A stretch of DNA of 64,000 bases, taken from the NCBI GenBank assembly GCA_030141605.1, contig JAQGDQ010000008.1, positions 744,001-808,000 of the forward strand, read 5' to 3'. The stretch comes from Tubiluchus corallicola (lineage: Eukaryota; Animalia; Priapulida). Below the pieces are notes generated by a model, which saw nothing but the letters and a program-made list of their open reading frames with translations, did not search any database and had not been told where the DNA came from. Both the position numbers and the translations under genes were made by a program. Of the stretch, positions 11,554 to 23,500 are shown piece by piece. Position 1 is the stretch's first letter. Every line of letters starts with the position of its first letter.

Positions 11554-14500
11554 CCTCTCTCCATCCCTCCCTCCCTCCCTCCCAAACGTAATACACGGCA
11601 GCATTATTATGATGCGGCGAAACGTAAACTTATTTAAATGTATGTTATCATATATATACATATGTAGTCATATACAGTACTTTTTTGTACGTGAAATGCA
11701 TTTTGCAGAAGTTTTCGGACTTTACTTTTCGAAACGAGCAGTAATTTTAGTTTATAATTATATCATATGCAAGTTTGCTAAAAGTATTTGACTGTTACCG
11801 AAGTACATGTAAATGTATATTGTGTATTAATATTAACTTGAGTCAAAAATAAAATGCTTTAGGCCCCACGCGGCATGTAATTTTCAGTTGTGCAACTAAA
11901 ATTTGCAAAATTTATAAATAACTGAAGCCCACGAGAGACATGTGCAACACAAAGCTGCAATTTTGACTCAAACTGTTAGTTCCGCAACTGTTTTATAATG
12001 AACTGTTTTCAGTGAGAGGAGTGCGCAAGCACAGAATTTTTAATAGTGCAACACAATAGTTAAGCGCAAGAAGAGGTTATATGAAAGGCACCATTAAACT
12101 TACGAAAAAAGAAAAACAAGTTAAGTAAAATGAAGCACTCTCACTGTCTTCGCTACCATCTTTTAAGAGATGCGGCGACAAATTCAGAAACTTAAGATCA
12201 AAATATTCAGTCTTTGAGTCAACAGGGCATGCGACCACATCTCAACACAAGCAGCACAGTGACAGACACCGCTTATGGTCCTGTCGGTCGCTCTGACTCC
12301 GCCCTGTGTGTCATTTGCACTTGCATTAGAAAGGTTCACGCCTTGCCCAGGAAATATACCAACTGTAAATTGCATAAAATTCGCACTACTAAATAATTTA
12401 ACGTTTCCATATGAAATGATATCACTAAAAGCAACATTTGTGTTTGAATTTCGAATTTTTTAAACTGCATAGATGTTTCCGTGCGTTCGCTTTCTATGCA
12501 GTTTTTGTTTTTAAGGATAAGATGACGTGACTATATTATACAGCTGGCAGCCTGCTACACAAGTGAGCTTATTACAAATTTTGCTTAGATTATGTTGTAA
12601 AACATACCTAGGTAATCTAAACAAAATTTGTAAGGTATGTTTTACATAATGCAGTAAGATAAACCTCTCCGAGATAATGTTTTTTCTCCACTTGATATCG
12701 AGATAAATAATGTACAGCCCTATAATTAACAGCAGTTAATTAAAACTATTAGACGCATCCGATAATGCTAGGAGTTAATGAGGTGATCGCGGAAGTATTC
12801 ATAAAGCTTACAAAATTGCCCTTCCAGCAATCGTTGTGTAGTTGCAGGAATTAATAAATGCATAAAATATGCAACCTCTTAAAGTTCCACAGTGCCAGTC
12901 GCACAATTTAAAATTGCATGTCTGTACGCCTGATTTTGATACACCAGTAAAACTGCATGTCTGCACCGGGTCTTACTGTAAATAAAAAGTTAAGCCCCGC
13001 CATACGTACAACGTGTACTGAGCAGTGCAAGTTGCATATCTGGCATTAGTGGTTTCATTGCAGTATGCAAACACATGCAATACCTATTTTTTATATTTGC
13101 ATCTTTTAAAAAAGGAATTGATACAGTTGAAAGTGGCAAAACCATCTTGACCTGCATTGGTATTTGTACAAAAGTCTTAAATATACACTTGCATTTGCAA
13201 TGGACATCAGCTGAGGGAACATGGGAAATTTTGATCATTGACAAATTTCTATAGGAATTTCGCAGTTGGGAATGATCTTCCATTTTAAATCAGAATTACA
13301 TCGCTGATTGGGAAGATATCTTATGAGTATTTGTTTGGATTCTTGAAATTAAATCAATTTGTAATTTTTCTGCTCAATTTTACTTGCAAACAAATTGCCA
13401 ACGTTCTTTTCTTGGGATTAAGATGTCTTCCTCTTATAACAGCAGGATTCAGTCTTATTACATGGTAATACAGCTTCATTTGCTTCCCAATACCCCAAAC
13501 TGTAGATGTAATAAGGATGATTGATTAGTAGCAGCGCTCAGAGCTGCTTAACAAACCCTAGTTAAGAGCACACCCGCTAGGCTTAAATGTGCTTATAACA
13601 AACTTGCTGCTTTTACAGACTAAATTATAAAGAATAATCACCTTCCAATTAGCAAAATTCCTTTAATTTTAAAAAATGATAGCTTGCAAAACTCTGCATG
13701 ATGTAAATGCCAAATGCATTTTCCAGTACGCGTGTGTTCATTCACTGCCTTGTTAATCGTGTGCTGTGAACATTGATTAATGCAATTGAATCGTTAGCTG
13801 TTGCAATATACATTATACAGGTGTGCAGGCAGGTATACAATAGGTAATATTGTATTTTGTGGAACAAGCAAATACTGAAACAGCCGTCGCATTAAGCAGT
13901 GTTTATTTTTGTTGTTTGTTCAAGCTTTGAGAAAACTCATCAGTATCAGTATGTGTCGTTTATCAATTGCATTTCTGCATGTAATTGTATGATAAATTGT
14001 TTGAAACATTAAGACTAGCATTGATACTGCATGTATTTGAACTTTGAATGTTTGTAAATAAACATATTTACATCGCTGTAATCAGTCACTTGTTGTGATT
14101 ATGATTAGTTTCTATGCAGAAAATTATTGGAAACTATTAAAATCCGTATAACTGTAGGAACAAATTTGATTTTTATTAGAAAAAAATCAAGCAGTATTTG
14201 CCTTTACTCTTTTTAGAAGTTTGGCACACTGTCACGCACTACCCTGTACTCTTGAACACACATTAATTGTAAATATTTTTTCTAAAAAGGAAAAAAACTG
14301 AGGCGGCATGGCAGGTGAAACCAAACGTAGCTTTTCCATGGAGCTCTCCGTCCATTTACTAACCGGTTTCAGGTTGCTGTTTAATTATATAAAGTTAGGC
14401 CTGTAAGCTAACCACTCAGGTATTCTTGGTATAAGAATTTTACATTGTTGTCTAAAATCAGTAATAAACACCATGGCTAACTCTTGCTCAAAACTAGTCA

Positions 14501-17500
14501 TTAATTGAACAGCTGAATATATGTCTTGCATAAAATGTATTCTGTGCTTTTTTAACATCTTAAACCACTTTCTAACCTCAGATTTACGATACATTTCTAT
14601 TTCGTTTTGTACACCGTTGCATGTAACTGCAATACTTTCGACCTAGTTATTTCATTATTAGTAAGTTGACCTGAGCCTTAGTACATTTCTGTTTTGTTTC
14701 TCATTGTGGCATCTAACTGTAATACGTTCGACCTATATATTTCTTTACTAGTAAGCTGATCTAAACCTTAATTAGTTTACGTACCTCTCAGATATTAGCT
14801 GTAGTTTTTTATGCATTTAATAGCTGTTACCATTTTTTCAACAAACATCTTATTTTGACTGTCTTTGCTGCTTGGTCACACTTAATATGGCTTATTTCGC
14901 CTTCTCAAGCAGCGTTTTCTTGCTGCATTCTGAGTTGCACCAGAGCAGGTTGCAGCAGCTGTAGTCAGCTGACGGGCACTGGGGCTCAATGGGATGTTGG
15001 AAATAAGAAATAAGAATGTGAATTCTTACAGCTGAGCATTTTTACAGCCCTAATAAATGCAGTGGAGCCCTGTAACGACATTTTCCTTGCATCTCCTTAC
15101 ATTTTCCTTAGTAGACGTTAGCATCTCAGTAATTAATAACTTTAATTATTAGTTTTGCTTTTAAATTGGAAATAAGTCATCAATCACCACGTTTTGTTTC
15201 TGTGAGGCTGGTTTATAATTCGACTAGAAGCAGGTATAGAACAGGGATGTTTAGAAATAGGTATGATCAAAAGAACCCCAAGTTCATTCTCAGTGCCTTA
15301 CCAAATATATAGAACATAAGTTCGCTACTAGGATATTCAATATAAATAAAATATCCAGGGAAGATTGGACAGGTAAAAAGCGGTCGTTTATGCTTAGCCG
15401 CTTTCCACGCTGTAAGTTGTAAGATAAAAAACCTAGGCTGATGGTATGTGGTTCAAATAAGATCATTTCATTTTTTGTGACCTCTTAGGCTTAAGTCTAA
15501 TTGTAAATTCTATCAAAGATTTTGGAAATGGGATCTTTCTACAATTGCTGGGCCAGATTACCATGTTAATTAAAACTAGACCAAATTTTCAAAATGATTG
15601 TTCCTTTAAAAGTTCTGCAACTTTGTTTAATATAATATGGTTTTATTAGATAGCAACACGAACATGTAAATAGTGTAATAATGGCTTGTTGTGCTTGTCG
15701 TTGAACTTTCTATTGAAAGAGGAAGTATTATAAGTTGATGACCATTTGAAACCAATATTTCTCAAAATTCTGTTACAGTGTCAGCCAGCTGTAGATGCGG
15801 GTGCTCACGAGAAAGACACTCCAGCGGACGTTGTGGCTGCGTGCGACATCACATTTGCATGCGTAGCAGACTCTGCAGCAATCAGAGAGGTAAGATGCAC
15901 CAATTATTTTGTCATACTTTTACAAAGTTGAGTTAATGAGCGCAATTTTGGGCACTGTACTTGAAACATGTAAATTCGTAAAGTGGTGACACATTTAAAG
16001 AGCATCCCATATTATATATATTATTTTATCTTTGTAAGGAAGTTATGCTTCAGCACAATTTGTTTCTTTGTTTGTCTGTTGTTTGGTTGTTTCTGTCTGT
16101 TATGGCAGTAAGCCTATTATGCAAAAACTAATCTAACAGATTTCCAAGAAACTTTGTGAAGAAAGGTGGGTACAGAGTGCCAAACTGGGAATCTTTTTGC
16201 TGGTTCTTTTTTCGCAAAATTTGACCGAACACCTCGACCAAAAACAGTCAGTCAAATAAACCGTATAGTGCTGTTTGGCAGTTTCAAAAAATCTGAAAGA
16301 TCTTTATTGCTTTCACGTTTTTGTGGCATCATCATACAAAAATAGTGAAAAGTTGATTGTTCTTCCTGTGCATTGTTTAAAACTCTGACAATTATTTTTA
16401 CCTTGCATTGTTAATATTCTTATTGTACACCAGGTGGTATCAGGTCCAAATGGAGCTGCATCAGGAATGACTGATGGTAAAGGATTTGTCAATATGTCTG
16501 TGGTAGACGTGGAAACCTCACTCGATATATCTGACGTAAAATACACATTTACTTTTATCTTTGTTTATTTTCAACACGATTTTAGCTTTTAATCACCAAA
16601 CTGCATTTTATACTGAGATATCTTCCTTTTCAACATGTTGTAAGGATGTTTAGTGTAGTATGAAAATTCCAAAGGTAAATTATATTGGAATTTAATTTAC
16701 TTCAGGATGCCTAAAAGGCTTTAATGGCACAATTAAATTTACTATGTTTATTGTTAAATTAGTTATACGCAACAAAAATTATATCCTGAACGACTTTATA
16801 ATACATGCATACACTTGCGGTAAAAGCTTATCTTATTTTGGATTTCTTTATGCTAATTTCTCTTTTCCTACAATTTTAATTGTGAGTTTATCTAACAATG
16901 TACCATACTGAGTAATGCTGGTTTTAAAGTGTTAAATGCTTGAAAATTCTGAAAGTATTTGTGTTCCTGTTGCATTGTTATTGTATCTTTATATGGTTTA
17001 TGCTTTGTCAACTACATATGATACTATGGCCACTGATTTGCTAATTAATTTAAAAATGAATGGTATTAGATGTTTAAGTCTGTGGCAGAACAGTTACTTA
17101 TAAACTTAGATGCCTAACAGAATTCTGTTGTAGCAATGAGGAGACTAAATACCTGACACAGTCAATAGATAGAAAGTTGGACAAATGGCAAAATCATATA
17201 ACATTTTTTAAAGTTTTAGTTGTCATGGCTACATGTTTTTCCAGTGCTTTGTTTACTAAGTGTTTTGCAGTTAACACAGCTAAATAATTTTAGGCAATAA
17301 CGGCGGCGGGAGGGAGATTTTTAGAAGCCGTTGTAACAGGGAGCCGAATTCAGGCCGAACAAAAACAGTTGATCTTCATCGCTGCCGGTGACAGAACACT
17401 GTTTGCTGACTGCGAGTTTTGTTTTCGAGCAATGGGAAAACGATCTATATATTTGGGTAATGAATTTTTCAGTAATCTTAGCCTAAAAGTATTGTTGTAA

Positions 17501-20500
17501 CAGTGACAAGCTTTGTGTCTCAGATTAATTCTTTTTTTGCTAAAGTGTTTATCTGATGTAATTTTTTATTTGCCAAGGTAAGAAATGATTTGTGAGTAGT
17601 GGACATTGTGTTAGTTGCAAAGTGAACACCACATCAGTGATTACCTTTCAAATAAGTATAATTGTCCTGTTATTATAGGAGATCATCTGACTTTCGCTCC
17701 TGACACTAGTACCAGGGAGTAATAATAATATAAGCCATTACTGGAAGTCTGAATTGTGTGAGTGGTCTGCTTTGTGAATGGGGGGGGGGGATATGCAGGC
17801 TTAGTCAGCATTGGATTGAATTTGTAAACTTGTCCTAAGTCCCATAAGCTGTATTTTGTTCACAGTGCATAGTAAAAATGATACGTACATACAAAAATGA
17901 TCTCATTTTAAATATAATTAGAACACGTTTTGAAGTAGACAAAGGAGCAAGCTATCTAGTCATCCACCAAAGTAGGCATGACGGAAATGCTAAAATAAAG
18001 CCAGATTTGCTGAAATTGCTCTAAAAATAGGGACTTATAGTAGCATGTTAATATTAATCTTTGCCCACTCCAGTTATAAATGAAATTACTTAATATTTAA
18101 AAAAATCAACATGATAAATATCTTGAGAAGTATAAATAAATAAAAAATTTTTTGAGTTATAAATAAATCTACTTATAGAAAGTGGCATTAATTTTCGACA
18201 ATTGTTTCGTTAGAAACTGTTTGTCTAATGTTTTCAACTAATATATATCAGCGGCGCAGGGTATATCCACCACATACGCAGTGATATGCATGACTGTTTT
18301 TTTTGTGAAATACATCCTGACATAGATATTGAACTATTTAACTGTAGCTGGTGATTAGCTTTTAACTAAAAGTCAACCCCCTACAGCATAAAACACTCCA
18401 ACACAGGTGCCTCACAAAGTCCATTCCAAGCCATTGTGTACAAGTTAAAATGACAACTGGTATCTCTCTAATCAGCTTTTTATACTTCATTTGCAAATAA
18501 AAATTGAAGAATATTTGGGTAAACTGTAATGGCACATTCAGGCTAGAGAGGTTTCTCGCAACTTATTGCGTAACTACTCTCTGAGAGTAAATTTGCAAGT
18601 GTGAATGGTTTGGCAGCTTCTCTCTCACAAACCTATTATGCAACTTCTTTCTGAGAGTAAACTCGGAGGTGTGAATGGCTTGGCAACTTCTCTCGCAACT
18701 TTTTGCAAATTCAGCGAGAGTTACTGAGAGTTCATGCGCAAGTTGACACTCAGAGAGAAGTTGTGCAATAAGTTGCGAGAGAACGCTCTAGTCTGAACGT
18801 GCCATTAGAGTTTACCCAATATTCTTCTATTTCCTATTTGCGAATGAAGCGTATAAAACTGATTTGAGAGGCACTTGGGTTGAAATGTGTTGGTGGTGTG
18901 GTTATCAATTATTTAGCTTGTTAACTTTATTGAAGCACTTTACTTTATTACAAATATATGCATCGTAATTTAAGCACTAGTTGTAGAGAGGAGTAGAGTA
19001 ACATCAACAAGTAAACAACAGTCAACAGCGGTAATCAGTAATAACGAGAACTGTCGACTCGGCTTAGCTCACATTAATTGAGTCAACTCACTGAATTTGA
19101 CTAATTGACTAACTAATTTATTCACTGACACAACTATTACACACACTGAATAAAAAATTGATAAAATGTCCGTCTCTGTTTGACAGCTATATAATTAACT
19201 TGGAAATTTATCGACCGACAAACTTCTTAATTAATAGATTGGCAACCTGACTGACTAATTCATTGGTTAGTTAAATGACCAATCAGTTGCAGATTGCTTA
19301 ACACTATCTTTTTGTTTCACATCTGGTTTACTAACTGACCAGTAAACTAAGTGACAAGATTGACTGACTGACTGACTAACTCAATGAACATGGCTAGCTA
19401 ATAGACAGGCTTCTGAACTTGATTACTTTTAATTGAAATGTTTTAACTGTAAATTTATTAATTGTATACTGGTATTTTTTCAGTTTTGTTATCATTATAA
19501 CTTTCGTGTCAGATTATTAGCAGGAAAGTTTAACAAATACATGTACAAAAGGCGTTTACTTTAATGTGAAATTCTTCAATCAATTTGTTTGCTAGTAATT
19601 ATAGTTGTTGTGCATGACTTTGTGTACCTCGCATTGTTCTGGTCATGTTGGCAAAGACAGTATTGCGTCAGCTGCATATATTGGTAAATTTATATTGATT
19701 TTCACCTTTAGAACATGCTGAATGTGAAATTGCAGCTTGATATACATTGAATATCATCTACACTTGCAGCGCCTTTGAGCGGATAATGTTTAAACTAGTT
19801 GTGTGAGTTACCTTATTGATCCTTGCTGTACAGACACTACGCAAACAATGAATTACAGTTTTATTTTGATAGGAAATGAAATAAAAAAAGTACTGTTTTC
19901 CTGATTAAAATACCGAATTGTCCTATTTTGTCCGGAACACATTAATCTGGTGTGATTATAAAAAGAGCAAAAACAGATATGTTTTCAAACTTGTATTTTT
20001 AATGAATTACTTAATTTACAGGCGATGTTGGCAATGCAACTCGAATGAAAATTGTTATTAACATGATGATGGGTACCGTCATCGCTGGAATGGCGGAAGG
20101 CATGGCTTTAGCGGAAAAATGTGGCGTGAATCAACACGACGTTCTGGAGATACTAGAGATGGGCAGCATGAACTGCGGTCTCATACGATTAAAAGGAAAA
20201 TGTAGGTCAAAACTTATTTTCTGGAGAATGTTTTTGTTCAGGTGTTCAAGTACTTATTAAAGGAAATTATAATGCATATGTATTGGAATTTTAGCCTTCC
20301 TAAGTTACAGTATCATAGCTGTTATTGAATGAGTGGGACTCGATTTACAATAGCAGAGACCAGTGTTGCTTCTCTCGATTTACTGTGGGTCTAGGCTCAA
20401 TGCAGACAAGGTTTTAGGCATATGCAATATCTCTTCCTGTAGGTGACTTAAACAGTTTTCAAAAGAATGGTGATAGATAAAAAATGCATTTTTAAATGGA

Positions 20501-23500
20501 ATGAATGAATCTTTGGTTTTTGCAGTGTCAGTAAATAACCTTTTCCATTCTTATGAGGCTCATTTCCTTACATTTGATATGTATTTCTAATTTTCCAATT
20601 TTGGCTAGCTGCATAATCTTGGAACAATGTAAGATAAGCAATTGCTCTTCAGGTATTTCACTTGTTAGTCACTGTGTGGTATATGTCCATGTTTTATTGT
20701 TGCAGTTGTTGTTGAAGGGTCTGTACAGATTATGTTTTTTGTTGCAGCTATTGTTGAAGGAGCTGATCAAGAGAACGCATTCCAACCACATTTCCCACTA
20801 AAACACCAGCAGAAAGATTTACGCTTAGCTCTAGCAATGGGTGACCAGGTTGATCAGCCGCTTCCCATTACTGCGGCAACCAATGAGGTAATCCTTGGTA
20901 ATTAGTGTCCTTAGTCTTTTTGGTAATTAAACTTCTATTTCAGAGCCGGACTGACATATAAGCAGGTTAAGCACATACTTAGGGCACCAAGCTGGCAAAA
21001 AAATTTCAGTAAAGTATGTTAAAGACCATAAAAGTTTTCCACTGTTCGAAGTACGAGGTAAAGAACTACAGGAGACTTGGCGCTACGACTCTCTTTTGAG
21101 GATATCATAAAGGACTTTGCTTTCCAAAAATCCAGAAAGAAACTCTGTAAAGTCTTCTTAAGAATCATGAAACGAATGTTGTTAACAACAAATTTTGGTG
21201 AGCACATAACTACTGTTTGCTCTGTACAGGCTACATTTTTCAGTCAAATAAGTTAACTTAATTAAAATTTCATTTTGAAGTGAATAAAGAAGTTTAAATG
21301 GCATAAATCAGGCGTGTGCAAACTGCCGAGAAATCTTGTGCGGCCTGCGAAGAGGTTTGTCAACCTAATGAAAGTGCGGCCCAGGCAATGAATGGAGTCG
21401 CAACTATCAGGAAGATATTTCCAGCTTAAGTCTGCGCCGCGATCGCAAAGATAGTGCGCGTAAATTTTTTCCACTACATCGGATGGCATTAACCCTTACA
21501 AGATGATTGTCACTTAGTGTCACTGTTGGACACGACGAAATTTAACAGTGCTCACTTGGAACACCAATAAGCGATGTAATCACAGAACACAGAAAACTAT
21601 CACGGAAGCCTTCTTTGAAACGCTCATATGTTCAAGAAATGCGAGAAGTAATCTGATTGGCTGGTTGGCTTTAGGCTTCTATTATCGGGTCGGCTGATCG
21701 GCCCAGTCGTCTTCTTGCTCATAGCAGGTAGATCATTTTGACCTGGTTATTTTAAAAAATAAATTATAAATATAATTATAAAATAACCAAGTCAAAATGA
21801 TCTACCTACTATGTCCAAGAAGTCGACTAGGCAGATTTAATTGTAAGTAGCCAGCAAGCTGAAAAAGTGTAGTCACCCCTGATATAGGAGGATTCCCAAA
21901 TTTTAGTTTCTGCTTAGACTCAGTAGTACATGCCTCGATCAGTGGCTGTTTCATCAGGTCTAGTGTTCTTATAGATCAGAAACATGGATAAGAAAAAGAG
22001 GAAGATTGAAGAAAAACATTGAGTGTTTCAAGACAGATTAATATGCACTGTACTGCACAGATTGTGTGATACACTGTACTAATAAGCATTGTAATAAAAT
22101 TATCACTATCTGACATGAAAATTGAAATCTATAGTTTTTAATGTAAATTTTATTAACTTCTAAAATAGTTTTCTTGAGTGTAGTAGTAATGATGTGCAAA
22201 GATCGAATGCAAAAAAATCGTTATTAGGTTTTACTGTTCTTGGCTCGTTGACCAAACTGTATGCGGCCTGCAGAAATTGCGGGAAAGTTTAATGTGGCCC
22301 GGCTAGTCAAATAATTTGCACACCCTTGGCATAAATCCTACGTAGAGCAATGGAGTTGTTTTTTGTTATATGTGATGTCGCATAATATGTGTGCTTTGAG
22401 CGGTGGAACACGCTGACGCGGGGCAAAGGAGAGAGCCAGGGCACAAGGTGCTGGGTGAGCTTAGGGCACCAACAGACCTTAATCAGGCCCTGTTGTATTT
22501 ACATTATTTGGGAAACTTGGTTACTAAAATGACAGCAATTGATTGCTTCCCTGTTTGTCAGTTGTTGACTACTTCACTAAGCGAAATCTAAGAGATCATG
22601 TCAAAGCAAACATGTAACCTTTTTTGTAATATATCTTGACTAATCTGGCCAAGCACAGTGGGCAGTTTCTTTAGCATGTGTGACACCATTTTTCACCAGC
22701 CTGTCGCAAATGCTACTATTGTTATGGATTTTGCTTCTGAGAAGTAATTTCCCAATTGTTTTTAACTTCCTCACACATTTGTCAGATTGGATTGAACAGG
22801 AGAGATAGAGCATGAAGAATTTCTGTCATTAAACAAATATTTTAATGCCTGCGTTATTATTTTTAATAAAAAAAATTAACTTTTATATTTATATCAAATA
22901 ACTGATTAAGTTTCCAACAAACATCACTTTTAATGACGGAATTACATTTATTGACTTAGTTTTTGCCTTTCAACGTGACCAACATTACTAGATGTGAAAT
23001 GACAAATGTTATTCAAAACCTTATTCATTCCTGTAATTGGTTACACTTTTTCTAATACCAAGTTGTGAATGTTTTCCACTGTATTTAAAACAATAATCAT
23101 GTAAAAAGACCGAACAAGTTTAACGGATAACAATTTATTATTTTCTTATTAACTTCCACAAAAATAGTTTGCAAGTAAGCTGACCAGCGTCTGTTCTTCA
23201 AAAGGCATAAGCAAAAGTTGTAAAGTTGTGTGTTTGAAACATTTTTTGTAGTTCCTTTTATTAAAAATGTTCTCAGCTTGATGAGAAATAAGTCCACCAT
23301 CTGTAATGTTAGGTAATAAACACATTTGAAAACATCTCTGTCCTAATCTTGTAAATTTTTTTTTTATGTAACCTAAGTACCTATACTCATACAGCTTGCA
23401 AATTTGTTGAACACCAAAGAATAAGAAAGGTGGTTGTTTGGGGTGATTGTAACAATAAAAAGATGAAATTCACAACTTTTTAGCAATAAGCCATTCCCAT

